From the NCBI GenBank assembly GCA_041287365.1, contig JBEULL010000004.1:72353-136352 (forward strand): DNA of 64,000 nucleotides, given 5' to 3'. The notes beneath the pieces are model-generated. The model did not search any database. It saw nothing but the letters and a program-made list of their open reading frames with translations, and was not told the DNA's origin. This document shows, one piece after another, positions 10,275 through 20,541 of the stretch (the first letter of the stretch is position 1; each line of letters starts with the position of its first letter). This stretch comes from Dissulfuribacterales bacterium (GTDB lineage: Bacteria; Desulfobacterota; Dissulfuribacteria; Dissulfuribacterales; DYLC01). Position numbers and translations under genes: made by a program.

Positions 10275-11946
10275 AATATACGGCGCCCGTCCCCTTCTGT
10301 GGATGGCCCTGCTGGTGGCGTTGTGCATCTGCGGCATGTTTTTGGGCTGGTGGTACTGGTTCGGCCCTGGTGCGCCGAAGGCATCCATTCGTGTCACCAC
10401 GGACCCTCCGGATTCCAGGTGTTATCTGGATGGCGTAGAGATCATCACCTCACCAAACGAGTTCAAGGGAGTGGCCAGGGGAATGCACAAGCTCAAGATT
10501 ACAAAATTGGGTTACGAAACATTGGAGACCCAGTTGCAAGTGCAAGGGACTGAACATCAAGAGCTTTCCTTTACGCTGAAGCCCCTCAAGGCCTCTCTGC
10601 ACGTGGATACGGAGCCGCCTGGGGCCATGCTGTATCTGGACGGCCAACTGCTTGCCAATACACCACTGGATTGGACCACCATAGAGGCAGGTAGCCATAA
10701 GCTCAGTATCGTTTTGAACGGTTATGAAGAATATGAAAGCACAGTTTATTTCGCGCGCGGAGAGGAAAAAAGACTACATATCGTGTTGATCAAGGAATTG
10801 GAGGGGCTCGAGGTCATATCGAATCCACCGGACGCCGATGTTTATGTGGACAGCAAGCCCGTAGGTCGGACGCCTCTTGCGATTCAGATTCCTCCTGGAG
10901 AACATGATATTCTGGTGGCAAAAGATGCAACCTATGAGGATTATGCCACAAAAATATCTTTGTCCAAGGGGCAGAGCAAGAAATTGACTGTAACTCTCAA
11001 TCCAAAAAGACCTCGACTCATAATAGAAACAGAGCCAAGAGAGGCCCAGGTCTTCCTGAACGATCGCTATCTGGCGAACACCCCGTTGCAGACGGAGCTC
11101 GCTTCGGGCCGTTACAGAATACGAGTGAGTAAAAAAGGCTGGCGGAGTGCCGTCGAAGAGTTTGTAGTATCCGCAGGTGAGACAAAACGGCTGGATATTC
11201 GTTTGAAGCCGCTGCCCAGCCCTGGCACCGTTGAAAAGGAACCTGCCACGGGCATGGAGTTTGTTTGGGTGCCTGAGGGTTGCTTTACCATGGGCAGCCC
11301 TGGCTCGGAACTCAAAAGGGATCAGGACGAAGGGCCCACGCAGGAGGTATGCTTGAATGGCTTTTGGATGGGCAGATTCGAGGTCACACAAGGGCAATGG
11401 CAGAAAATTATGGGCAGCAATCCATCCTCTTTTAAAAACGGGCCCAACTTTCCTGTAGAAAACGTTTCCTGGAAGGATGCCAAGGCGTTTGTGGAAAGGT
11501 TTTCATCGCTCAAAAAAGAGTATGTGGTTGGTCTGCCCACTGAGGCCGAATGGGAATACGCCTGCCGAGCGGGGACTACAACAGCCTATGGTTTCGGCCA
11601 GTCAATTACAAGCGCGCAGGCAAACATCCGTAAATCCGGCAGTTCAGGGTTTGATGGCGCCACTGTCGCGGTCGGGTCTTTTCAGCCGAATCAATTTGGC
11701 ATATACGATATGCACGGCAATGTCTGGGAGTGGTGTGAGGACTGGTACGACCCTGAATTTTACAAGACCCTCAAACCCAAGACCATGAATCCCGTTGCCG
11801 TCCAGGACAAATCGAGTAACAAGGTGCTGCGGGGCGGTTCCTGGTTATCCGATAGCCAACAGGCCCGCTGTGCAAATAGGCACAGGGCTGCTCTCGATGA
11901 AAAAACGGATCAGATAGGCTTTAGGGTGGTGATGAGAGAGAGATGA
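10261..11946 (+). CDS. Membrane-anchored protein with four PEGA-like repeats and a C-terminal formylglycine-generating-enzyme (SUMF1/FGE-sulfatase) domain
   Basis: N-terminal TM segment. Four repeats of the type V.T.PPGA.VYLDG...G.TPL. The C-terminus carries GMEFVWVPEGCFTMGSP...VSWKDAKAF...PTEAEWEYACRAG...YDMHGNVWEWCEDW...VLRGGSW. Confidence 0.8.
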   Translation: MGEVRIYGARPLLWMALLVALCICGMFLGWWYWFGPGAPKASIRVTTDPPDSRCYLDGVEIITSPNEFKGVARGMHKLKITKLGYETLETQLQVQGTEHQELSFTLKPLKASLHVDTEPPGAMLYLDGQLLANTPLDWTTIEAGSHKLSIVLNGYEEYESTVYFARGEEKRLHIVLIKELEGLEVISNPPDADVYVDSKPVGRTPLAIQIPPGEHDILVAKDATYEDYATKISLSKGQSKKLTVTLNPKRPRLIIETEPREAQVFLNDRYLANTPLQTELASGRYRIRVSKKGWRSAVEEFVVSAGETKRLDIRLKPLPSPGTVEKEPATGMEFVWVPEGCFTMGSPGSELKRDQDEGPTQEVCLNGFWMGRFEVTQGQWQKIMGSNPSSFKNGPNFPVENVSWKDAKAFVERFSSLKKEYVVGLPTEAEWEYACRAGTTTAYGFGQSITSAQANIRKSGSSGFDGATVAVGSFQPNQFGIYDMHGNVWEWCEDWYDPEFYKTLKPKTMNPVAVQDKSSNKVLRGGSWLSDSQQARCANRHRAALDEKTDQIGFRVVMRER

Positions 11947-11965
11947 AAAACTGTTTCACAAGGAG

Positions 11966-12925
11966 TTGGACTTGAAAAAAGGTGTATTTGTTGCGGAAAT
12001 AAGCCAGGATAGGCCGGTTGATGGCATTTTTTATATAGCCGATAAAAAGCTGGCCAACACTCGAGACGGCAAGCCATATCTGTCCCTCGCCCTGGCCGAC
12101 AGAACCGGCCAGATAGAGGCCAAAATATGGAATGACGCAGCTTCGCTGGACAGCAAGTGCAGGAAAGACGGGTTCGTGTTCGTAAGCGCCTTTTGCAAAC
12201 CTTATAACGGCACACTGCAACTGACCGTCAAGGCCGTGAGCCCGGTTGCTGAAACCGATGTGAATCTGGCGGATTTCATGCCTGCGGCGCAGGTGGACGA
12301 GAAGGCGCTGTGGAGGGAGCTGTCGGGTTATATGGAACACATCTCCGATTCGGCGCTTTCCGGTCTGCTTTCGGCGCTGTTTTCCGATACCGCTCTGGTA
12401 AATGCCTATTGTACCGCTCCAGGTGCCAAGCGTATGCACCACGCCTATCTGCACGGGCTTCTGGTGCATACCCTTCAGATGGTCCGAGTGGCCGATGCCA
12501 TTTGTAAGCTATATCCTGTATTGAATTGGGATTTGCTCATTTCGGGTGTGATTCTGCACGACCTGGGAAAGATTGTGGAGTATGACTTCAGCAGGCCGGG
12601 TTTTTCCAGAACCGACGAAGGAAGGCTGGTAGGCCATCTGAATATAGCTATTTCCATGATAGACGAGGCCGCCGCCAAAATCGGACTTGACCGTCATGTG
12701 CCCAGCTTGGTAGCCCTCAAACATATGATCCTCAGCCACCACGGCCGTTACGAATACGGCTCGCCCGTGCTGCCCATGACCAGAGAGGCCTTCGTGCTGC
12801 ATTTCATAGACGAGATAGATGCCAAAATAAACTATCTGGATGTGCTGAAGTCGGAGATAAAAGGCCTTGACGAGACATGGTCGGGATATCAGGGCATATA
12901 CGGCAGGGCATTCCATCTGCCATAA
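11966..12925 (+). CDS. OB-fold + HD-domain 3'-5' exoribonuclease, YhaM family
   Basis: N-terminal OB fold (KPYLSLALADRTGQIEAKIWN) and an HD domain (HHAYLHGLLVHTL...ILHDLGK...SHHG). The start may be TTG 11972, 6 nt after AAGGAG. Confidence 0.75.
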   Translation: MDLKKGVFVAEISQDRPVDGIFYIADKKLANTRDGKPYLSLALADRTGQIEAKIWNDAASLDSKCRKDGFVFVSAFCKPYNGTLQLTVKAVSPVAETDVNLADFMPAAQVDEKALWRELSGYMEHISDSALSGLLSALFSDTALVNAYCTAPGAKRMHHAYLHGLLVHTLQMVRVADAICKLYPVLNWDLLISGVILHDLGKIVEYDFSRPGFSRTDEGRLVGHLNIAISMIDEAAAKIGLDRHVPSLVALKHMILSHHGRYEYGSPVLPMTREAFVLHFIDEIDAKINYLDVLKSEIKGLDETWSGYQGIYGRAFHLP

Positions 12926-12928
12926 CAC

Positions 12929-13978
12929 ATGCAGAGCTCGCAAGAAATTAGCTATGAATCAAGTGAGTCAGGCTCCGGTCCCATTCAGGGGCTTTCCACT
13001 CAGCATTCTCTGCTTTCCCTTATGGGACGGATACTTCAAAGAGGCAGACTGGCGCATGCCTATCTGCTTTCAGGTGGAGGAACGGATACAAGAATGGCTG
13101 TGGCGTTTTTTTTCGCCAGGCTCCTGTTATGCCGGCAGCCTCGAGAGACGGACGGCGTTTTGGCCCCATGCGGCGTCTGCATGCATTGCAGTAAAACGGC
13201 TCATGGCACACACCCTGACCTGTGCGTATGCCCGTCCGAAGAGGACGGGACTATTAAAATAGAACACGTGAGGACTCTGCAGAAAACCGTGGCCTTCGCT
13301 CCGCTCGAGGCGGAAAGGCGGGTTTGCCTTGTGCATGGTTGCGAAAACATGACCTCCGACGCCGCCAACTCCCTGCTGAAACTGCTGGAGGAACCCCCCG
13401 CATTCAACCATCTCTTTCTGACCGTCTCGGCGGTTGAGACCCTTTTGCCTACCATCGTATCCCGCTGTCAGGTACTGAAATGCCTTCCTGGCCATTTCAC
13501 AATGGATTGTTTTTTGCCAGAGGAACAGGCTGTGTTGCGAACATACCCCTTGGAGTTTTGGGAACGTATCTGTGCGAGTGATGCGGAGGCGGTTAGGGCC
13601 CTGCTGAAGCTGAATTTTATAAGTGTCAGGGACAGGCTGTGGAAGCTCCTTGCCCGTGAGGCGGACATCTCTTTGTTTTTTCAACTGATCAGAGAGCTCT
13701 CTGCAAGCGATGCTGGAGTTTTGTGTCTGAAGCTGCTGCTCATGTCCGTTGTGCTGGATATATTTTTGTTGAAATCAACAAGTGACGGCCATTCGCTGTT
13801 GTTGAACAAAGACAGGAAACAGGTAATTATGTCTCTGTCCGGTATGATTCCCATGCCTGACCTAGAGCAATATTCTGAACGGCTGGAGAGAGTGGAGTAT
13901 CTGCTGGAACGCAACATCAACAAGGCGCTTCTGGTGGAGACAATGCTTGCATTCTGGTGGGAAAGGTTGTCTTTGTAG
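12929..13978 (+). CDS. holB: DNA polymerase III subunit delta'
   Basis: Blocks RLAHAYLLSGG, a Cys cluster C..C..C, NSLLKLLEEPP and PTIVSRCQ. Confidence 0.8.
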   Translation: MQSSQEISYESSESGSGPIQGLSTQHSLLSLMGRILQRGRLAHAYLLSGGGTDTRMAVAFFFARLLLCRQPRETDGVLAPCGVCMHCSKTAHGTHPDLCVCPSEEDGTIKIEHVRTLQKTVAFAPLEAERRVCLVHGCENMTSDAANSLLKLLEEPPAFNHLFLTVSAVETLLPTIVSRCQVLKCLPGHFTMDCFLPEEQAVLRTYPLEFWERICASDAEAVRALLKLNFISVRDRLWKLLAREADISLFFQLIRELSASDAGVLCLKLLLMSVVLDIFLLKSTSDGHSLLLNKDRKQVIMSLSGMIPMPDLEQYSERLERVEYLLERNINKALLVETMLAFWWERLSL

Positions 13979-14001
13979 CATGATTTTGTTACATTGCAAC
14001 C

Positions 14002-14895
14002 ATGGATGATAACGATAAAGTGACTCATGACGTGTCGGACGGTGTCCGTAGGATTGTAAAGGTGCAGATCAGGCCAGGCTGGCCGGCAGCATCCTACGAT
14101 GCGGGTGTTCTGGAGTTGAAGCGGAGTGACTGGGTGGTGGTATCAACGAACACAGGGGGCACAGGGGACACAGGCAGGGAGGTCGGTCAGGTGACGGTAG
14201 CGCCGGTTTCCGTTGCCCTGCCTTCCAGGATTTCGCTGCCTTTTGTGGAAGCTATGGCGAATGAAGCCGACATGGAACATTACAACGCCAACCTGGAGCT
14301 TGAAAAAAAGGCCTTCGCCTTCTGCTGCGAGCAGGTGGCCAGACTCAATCTTATAATGAAATTGACGCGTGTCCACAGCCTGTTCGATGGAACGAAGATC
14401 ATCTTCTATTACTATGCCGAACAGCGAGTGGATTTCAGGGAGCTGGTCAAGGAACTGGTGCGGGAACTTCGAATTCGAATTGAAATGCGCCAGATAGGCA
14501 TTCGACACCAGGCAAAGATGGTCGGGGGCATGGGTGAATGCGGACGCGAGTTCTGTTGTTCGAGTTATCTGAAGACCTTTGACCCCATCTCCATCAAAAT
14601 GGCCAAATCGCAGAATTTTCCTCTGAATCCCAGCAAGATATCAGGCAGATGCGGAAGACTGCTCTGCTGTCTGACATACGAATATGAGGCGTATTCCAAC
14701 AAAAACAGCGGTCGACAGGCGCATGACGACCAGACAGGAACTAAGCCGGACATGCAGGATGCGGAGGACTCGGCGATTTTGCAGTTACTGGAGGACAGGG
14801 AGGCGCCTGAATCCGTGGTTGTCCCTGATAAACAGGATGCAGCAGGCGGTCATGCCGGTGTAAAGCAAAGAAGAAAGAGGAATACCAGAACATGA
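14002..14895 (+). CDS. ricT: PSP1-domain protein RicT/YaaT family
   Basis: PSP1 C-terminal domain IEMRQIGIRHQAKMVGGMGECGREFCCSSYL...GRCGRLLCCLTYE. The conserved holB-yaaT-metG-type neighbourhood is present. Confidence 0.8.
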   Translation: MDDNDKVTHDVSDGVRRIVKVQIRPGWPAASYDAGVLELKRSDWVVVSTNTGGTGDTGREVGQVTVAPVSVALPSRISLPFVEAMANEADMEHYNANLELEKKAFAFCCEQVARLNLIMKLTRVHSLFDGTKIIFYYYAEQRVDFRELVKELVRELRIRIEMRQIGIRHQAKMVGGMGECGREFCCSSYLKTFDPISIKMAKSQNFPLNPSKISGRCGRLLCCLTYEYEAYSNKNSGRQAHDDQTGTKPDMQDAEDSAILQLLEDREAPESVVVPDKQDAAGGHAGVKQRRKRNTRT

Positions 14896-16862
14896 AGAAC
14901 GAAAAGGCGTTCTATGTCACCACGCCCATCTATTACGTGAATGCCCCACCTCATATAGGCCACGCTTACTCCACCATAGCCGCGGATGTGCAGCGCCGTT
15001 TTCATGCAATGCGAGGGGAAGAGACATTTTTTCTCACAGGCACGGATGAGCACGGAGACAAGATAGTCCAGGCAGCCCATGCCAAAGGCGTATCTCCCAA
15101 GGAATATGTGGACCGTATCAGTGCCATGTTTCGCGAGACCTGGCCCATGTTGGGCGTGGAGTACGACCGTTTTATTCGTACCACAGACTCCGAGCATGTG
15201 GCCACCGTGCAGAGGATACTCTCACAGGTATATGAGAAAGGCGAGATAGTCTTTCGTGAGTACGAAGGCCTCTATTGCTTCGGCTGTGAGCGTTTTTACA
15301 TGGAGCGGGAACTGAAAGACGGCAAGTGCCCAGATCACGGCACGGAGCCGGTGCGGCTCAAGGAGCAGAACTATTTTTTCCTCATGAGCCGTTATCAGGA
15401 TTGGCTCATAGACCATATTCGTGCCAATGTTGATTTCATCACTCCCGAGAGGTACCGAAACGAGGTCTTGTCCTTTTTGAAGGAACCGCTGGATGACCTC
15501 TGTATCTCGAGACCCACCACACGTCTTACCTGGGGCATTCCCCTGCCTTTCGATGAAAAATTCGTCACCTACGTCTGGTTTGATGCCCTCATCAATTATC
15601 TTACAGGAATAGGCTATCCTTCCCATGCGAATTTTGAATGCCTTTGGGCTGGTGCAGAGCACGTAATCGCCAAGGACATTCTGAAGCCTCATGCCATCTA
15701 CTGGCCTACCATGCTCAGAGCCATCGGTCTTCAGCCCTACAAAAGGCTGCATGTACACGGCTATTGGCAGATCAAGGAGCAGAAGATGTCCAAGAGCCTG
15801 GGAAATGTGATAACCCCTGCGGAACTCCTGGAAAAATTCGGTGCAGAGGCTGTGCGCTATTGTCTGATGCGAGAGATGGCCTTCGGCCTGGATGCTTCTT
15901 ACAGCGAAGACGCATTTCGCACTCGCATAAATGCAGACCTGGCCAATGACCTGGGCAACCTGGTGAGTCGTACTTTATCCATGCAGGAAAAATACTTCAA
16001 AGGGATCATTCCCACGCCTGAATCCCTTGATTCCGAGCTACAAAAGGCATGTATGGCCATGATTCCCCTCTGGGAAATGGACATGGAAGAGTTTCAGGCT
16101 CACAAGGCCCTGCAAAGGGTGTGGGAGGTCATCGGCCTGGCCAATCGAGTCATAGACCATTCTGCCCCCTGGAATCTGGCAAAGGATGCCACCAGGCAGG
16201 GCGAGCTCAAAAATCTCATGTATTCTCTGCTGGAGACCCTGCGCATCGTCTCCATACTCATTTGGCCTGTTATGCCTCAGGCTGCCCAGCGCATACAGAG
16301 CGCCATCGGTCTTGCGGATAAACAGGCGTTCAGTTTGAATCTGGCTAGGGAATGGGGTCTTTTGTGCCCGAGTACAGGATGTATTCGCATACCATCACTT
16401 TTCCCGCGATTGGAGACAACAGGAGCGGACTGCAAGACGACTACTCCAAAAGAGACTGCATCAATGTCGGTCAATCCACCGGCAGAAACACAAAACACAA
16501 GGAAAATGCAAGAGATGGACACCGAAAACAAGGAAAACCTCATCACGATCGACGAATTCAGGCGGGTGGACCTGCGGGTCGCTGAGATTCTGAACGCCGA
16601 GCGCATACCCAAGGCGGACAGGCTTCTTAAGTTGACAGTCTCGTGTCCGGAAGAGCGCACCATCGTGGCGGGCATTGCGGAGCACTTCACGCCGGAGGAA
16701 CTCATCGGCAGGAAGATCGTCGTGGTTGCCAATCTTCAGCCCACCAAACTGCGCGGCATCACATCCGAAGGCATGCTGCTTGCCGCCAAGGACGAAAACG
16801 GCAGGCTGTCTCTGGCCACTGTTTCTGATTCCACCATGGCACCAGGTGCTCGTATAGGCTGA
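14892..16862 (+). CDS. metG: Methionine--tRNA ligase with C-terminal tRNA-binding (Trbp111/EMAP-like) domain
   Basis: HIGH region PPHIGHAYS, KMSKS present, and C-terminal VDLRVAEILNAERIPKADRLLKLTV. Confidence 0.95.
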   Translation: MKNEKAFYVTTPIYYVNAPPHIGHAYSTIAADVQRRFHAMRGEETFFLTGTDEHGDKIVQAAHAKGVSPKEYVDRISAMFRETWPMLGVEYDRFIRTTDSEHVATVQRILSQVYEKGEIVFREYEGLYCFGCERFYMERELKDGKCPDHGTEPVRLKEQNYFFLMSRYQDWLIDHIRANVDFITPERYRNEVLSFLKEPLDDLCISRPTTRLTWGIPLPFDEKFVTYVWFDALINYLTGIGYPSHANFECLWAGAEHVIAKDILKPHAIYWPTMLRAIGLQPYKRLHVHGYWQIKEQKMSKSLGNVITPAELLEKFGAEAVRYCLMREMAFGLDASYSEDAFRTRINADLANDLGNLVSRTLSMQEKYFKGIIPTPESLDSELQKACMAMIPLWEMDMEEFQAHKALQRVWEVIGLANRVIDHSAPWNLAKDATRQGELKNLMYSLLETLRIVSILIWPVMPQAAQRIQSAIGLADKQAFSLNLAREWGLLCPSTGCIRIPSLFPRLETTGADCKTTTPKETASMSVNPPAETQNTRKMQEMDTENKENLITIDEFRRVDLRVAEILNAERIPKADRLLKLTVSCPEERTIVAGIAEHFTPEELIGRKIVVVANLQPTKLRGITSEGMLLAAKDENGRLSLATVSDSTMAPGARIG

Positions 16863-16863
16863 T

Positions 16864-18777
16864 ATGACCGCAAAGACAGTCGTCCTCGGTACGGCCGGTC
16901 ACATAGATCACGGCAAGACCTCCCTTATACGGGCCCTCACCGGTATAGATACAGACCGTTTGAAGGAGGAAAAGAGCCGCGGCATCACCATAGAGCTGGG
17001 GTTTGCACACCTGGATCTGCCTTCAGGTCAGCGCATCGGCATAGTGGATGTCCCTGGCCATGAGCGGTTCGTTAAACATATGGTGGCCGGTGCCACCGGC
17101 ATGGATATGGTGTTGCTGGTGATAGCCGCGGATGAAGGCATCATGCCTCAGACCAGTGAGCACATGGCTATTTGTGAGCTGCTGAGTGTGAAAAAAGGCC
17201 TTATCGCCCTCACCAAAAAGGATATGGTAGAACCCGACTGGCTTGAGTTGGTGAGAGAAGACATAGCCCTGGCTATGCAGGGCACCTTTCTGGAAGGGGC
17301 GGAGATCATACCCGTATCCTCCGTGACAAGAGATGGGCTCGATGACTTGAAGGCCGCCATTCAGAGAGTAGTGAATGACCTGCCTGTTTCCATGACCTCA
17401 GGCCCCTATCGTCTTCCTATCGATCGTATTTTCACCATAAAAGGTTTTGGTACCGTGGTGACCGGCACCACTGTTTCCGGACACATTCGTGTGGGAGATG
17501 ATGCCATGATCTATCCCAAATGTATTCCGACCCGCATTCGGGGTATTCAGAATCACGGTCAGGAGGCTCAGGAGGCGGTGCCTGGTCTGCGCACGGCCAT
17601 AAACCTTCAGGGAGTGCAGGTGGAGCAGATAGAGAGAGGGGATGTCTTGTCTGTACCAGGCGGCTTGAGGCCGAGCCTGCTGTTGGATATTCAGCTTTAT
17701 TACCTTGCATCAGCGGAACGTCCCTTGAAACACAGGGCGCCTGTGAAATTTCATACGGGGACAGGGGAGATCATTGGGCGAATGTTGTTGCAGCAAGACG
17801 AATTGGCCCCGGGTGAACGCACTTATGCCCAGATCAAGCTGGAAAGACCGGTGGCCGTGTTGCCGGGTGACCGCTATATCATTCGCAGTTATTCTCCTGT
17901 CATTACCATCGGCGGCGGTGCTATTCTGAACCCTCTGCCCAGACGCCGTAAGCGTTCCAGGCCGGAGATGTGGAATGAAATGGCTGTATTGGACAGGGGT
18001 TCCGCCGGAGAACGCATTATTTATCATCTGAAACAGGCGGATCAGAGGGGATTGTCTCTCTCTGAGCTTTCCCTGCGTACGGCCCTCTATGGCAAGACCT
18101 TGGAAAGGGAACTGGAACGAATCCTTGGCCAGGGTCAGGCCCTCAAGTTGGATTCGGAAGGTCAGCGCATATTGAGCGCAGAGGTCTATGAGAAAAAACG
18201 CAGGCAGGCCTTGGAATTGTTGCGGCAGTATCATGCGGAATTTCCTCTGTCTCCGGGAATCTCCAAGGAAGAGCTGCGTTCCAGACTTTTCCCCATTCTG
18301 GAAGACAATCATTTCTTTCAACGTCTGCTTGCCAATCTGGTCAAAACCAACGAGTTGGTTCAGGATAAAGATTTGATAAGATTGGCTAACCACCAGTTGA
18401 ATATGCAGAAGAAAGACAAAGACATACAGTTGTTTATCGCGGACATATATCTCAAGGCCGGCATGACGCCTCCTTCCAAAACAGAGTTGTTTTCCATGTT
18501 CAATGACAAGGCACTGGTTTCCAGCCTCTTGAATCTTTTGGTGCGAGAAGGGGTGCTCGTTTATCTCAAGGACGACCTCTATCTGCACTCGGCTATCCTG
18601 GAACAGATCAGGTCCTTGGTGATAAATTTTCTGAAGCAACACGGTGAGATGGGCATAAATGATTTTCGTGACCTGACAGGCGGGCTTTCTCGCAAATATA
18701 TGGTGCCGATTCTGGAATATCTGGACAATCAGAAGCTCACCATGCGCATAGGTGACAAGCGAAGACTGCGTGGCTGA
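16864..18777 (+). CDS. selB: Selenocysteine-specific translation elongation factor SelB
   Basis: Blocks [36 protein letters not shown] and DVPGHERF, plus a long C-terminal winged-helix extension. 637 aa. Confidence 0.9.
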   Translation: MTAKTVVLGTAGHIDHGKTSLIRALTGIDTDRLKEEKSRGITIELGFAHLDLPSGQRIGIVDVPGHERFVKHMVAGATGMDMVLLVIAADEGIMPQTSEHMAICELLSVKKGLIALTKKDMVEPDWLELVREDIALAMQGTFLEGAEIIPVSSVTRDGLDDLKAAIQRVVNDLPVSMTSGPYRLPIDRIFTIKGFGTVVTGTTVSGHIRVGDDAMIYPKCIPTRIRGIQNHGQEAQEAVPGLRTAINLQGVQVEQIERGDVLSVPGGLRPSLLLDIQLYYLASAERPLKHRAPVKFHTGTGEIIGRMLLQQDELAPGERTYAQIKLERPVAVLPGDRYIIRSYSPVITIGGGAILNPLPRRRKRSRPEMWNEMAVLDRGSAGERIIYHLKQADQRGLSLSELSLRTALYGKTLERELERILGQGQALKLDSEGQRILSAEVYEKKRRQALELLRQYHAEFPLSPGISKEELRSRLFPILEDNHFFQRLLANLVKTNELVQDKDLIRLANHQLNMQKKDKDIQLFIADIYLKAGMTPPSKTELFSMFNDKALVSSLLNLLVREGVLVYLKDDLYLHSAILEQIRSLVINFLKQHGEMGINDFRDLTGGLSRKYMVPILEYLDNQKLTMRIGDKRRLRG

Positions 18778-18779
18778 AA

Positions 18780-20342
18780 GTGGCATTTCATGTCAGTTAT
18801 GAACTGGTTCCGGGAAGGGCATCTAGCGGCAAGGTGCTGAATGATATTCTCGCCTTTGCAAAAGAGGCGGCCCGCGACGGCCGGATAGCGGCGCTTTCCA
18901 TCACCGACAATGCCGGCGGTAATCCGGCGCTTTCCCCCAAGTCCCTTGGAAGAGACATTCAGCATCTGGGCATTGAGCCTGTAATTCATTTTTCCTGTAA
19001 GGACAAGAATCGGAATCTCATAGAGAGCGAACTCTTCGAGCTGGACCGTCTGGGCATGAGACACCTTCTGGTGGTGACAGGAGATTATCCCAGATACGGT
19101 TTTCAGGGCAATGCCAAGCCGGTCTTTGACCTGGATTCGGTGCTTGCGCTGCGAATGATTCAGGATATGAACAAGGGATTTCTGCTGGACAGCCGGGCGC
19201 CGGGCGGAGGCATTCAAATGCCTCCCACTTCGTTTCATGCCGGTTGCGTCGTATCCCCTTTCAAACGTCTTGCCAGTGAACTGGTGCCGCAGTACCAAAA
19301 GCTCGTCAAAAAACTGGCCTCAGGGGCCAAATTCGTCATCTCCCAGGCCGGTTATGACATGCGTAAATATCACGAATTGCGTCTGGTCATGGACATGTTC
19401 CTGGGCAAGGTCCATATTGCCGGTCAATCACCTCTGCTTAAAAGCACATGTGACAATACTCACCCGCCATTTTTCAAGGATATTCCTCTGTTCGGAACGG
19501 TCTTCATTCCAGGAATAAAGATGGCGAGACTGCTGTACAAAGGGGTTGTGCCCGGCTGTATTCTGCCCAAAAGGCTTTTGGAGCGCATGGAGGACGAGGC
19601 GCACAGCCCTGATGCGGGCCTTGAAGCCAGGCTCGAACGTGCGGCCAAAATGGTCGCCATGCTCAAGGGGATGGGGTACGACGGAGTACACCTGAGCGGG
19701 CCTGGACTGCGATATGAACACATTGTCCATGTCTTGAATCTGGCTGAAACATGGAATGGGCGTTGGCATGGCCTGATCCCCGAGTTTCTCTTTCCTGAGG
19801 AGTGGAATGCCTGGTTGTTCGAGCAGGATGCCGGCACCGGCCTCAACTTGCCGGAATTTCGAAAGGGGGTTGAAACAGTGTCTCTCTCTATCGCCAGCAG
19901 ATTTTCTATGGGCGCAAGTATGGCTGTGCATAACCTATTTTTTGAGAGAAACGCCCCTTTTTATGAGGCCATGAAGGCCGCAGTCCTGTTGTTAGAGAGG
20001 GCGTCCCTTGGAAATATGTTGACAAATTTCGAATATTGTCTAAAGGGTATGCTGTATGATTGCCAATCCTGCGGGGATTGCACACTGGGAGAGATGGCCT
20101 TTTTGTGCCCTCAGTCCCAGTGTGCCAAAGGGTTGCTGAATGGCCCTTGCGGAGGGAGTCAGAACGGCTGGTGTGAGGTCTGGCCAGGCCGCAAGCGCTG
20201 TGTGTATGTGAGACGTTATGAACGAATGCAGTATTTTCGTCTCAGGGCAAAGGATATTGTTTTGCCTCCCAGAGACTGGTCGCTTTACAAGACTTCTTCG
20301 TGGCTGAACTTTTTTATGCGAAGAGATCATACAAGATATTAA
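18780..20342 (+). CDS. Methylenetetrahydrofolate reductase fused to a Cys-rich MTHFR C-terminal (MetV-like) domain
   Basis: The N-terminal ~300 aa are MetF-like (SYELVPGR..., LSITDNAGG, LLVVTGDYP). The C-terminus carries CQSCGDCTLGEMAFLCPQSQCAKGLLNGPCGGSQNGWCEV. GTG start lies 3 nt after the selB stop. Confidence 0.75.
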   Translation: MAFHVSYELVPGRASSGKVLNDILAFAKEAARDGRIAALSITDNAGGNPALSPKSLGRDIQHLGIEPVIHFSCKDKNRNLIESELFELDRLGMRHLLVVTGDYPRYGFQGNAKPVFDLDSVLALRMIQDMNKGFLLDSRAPGGGIQMPPTSFHAGCVVSPFKRLASELVPQYQKLVKKLASGAKFVISQAGYDMRKYHELRLVMDMFLGKVHIAGQSPLLKSTCDNTHPPFFKDIPLFGTVFIPGIKMARLLYKGVVPGCILPKRLLERMEDEAHSPDAGLEARLERAAKMVAMLKGMGYDGVHLSGPGLRYEHIVHVLNLAETWNGRWHGLIPEFLFPEEWNAWLFEQDAGTGLNLPEFRKGVETVSLSIASRFSMGASMAVHNLFFERNAPFYEAMKAAVLLLERASLGNMLTNFEYCLKGMLYDCQSCGDCTLGEMAFLCPQSQCAKGLLNGPCGGSQNGWCEVWPGRKRCVYVRRYERMQYFRLRAKDIVLPPRDWSLYKTSSWLNFFMRRDHTRY

Positions 20343-20352
20343 ACAATGTTTA

Positions 20353-20525
20353 ATGTTGAATGCTAACTATTGAATTGCGGTAATAATCAATCATATTAAA
20401 TGGTTAATATGAGCTGTGGCGACGAACAATGCAATGCGATTCAGTAATTGGTGACTTTTGACGAGAGCATCCATGTTGAATCAAATGTAACCACAATTCA
20501 GCATTAAAAATTCAACATTGAACAT
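20353..20525. promoter_or_regulatory. Cluster of ATGTTGAAT / ATTCAACAT motifs in the AT-rich region upstream of the sigma-54 activator gene
   Basis: Exact ATGTTGAAT at 20353-20361 and 20473-20481. Exact reverse complement ATTCAACAT at 20510-20518. One-mismatch copies at 20496-20504 and 20518-20525. Confidence 0.35.
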
Positions 20526-20541
20526 TTATTAAAGGGTTGAT

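Noticed and set aside
17710-18786. 358-aa ORF on the minus strand, antisense to selB
   Set aside because: This is a shadow ORF inside a gene with unambiguous SelB motifs on the plus strand. The translation has no recognisable motif, and no RBS or start context was noted.
20381-20399. AT-rich TAATAATCAATCATATTA looked Fur-box-like
   Set aside because: Manual alignment to GATAATGATAATCATTATC matches too few positions once register is kept. It is probably just AT-rich spacer.
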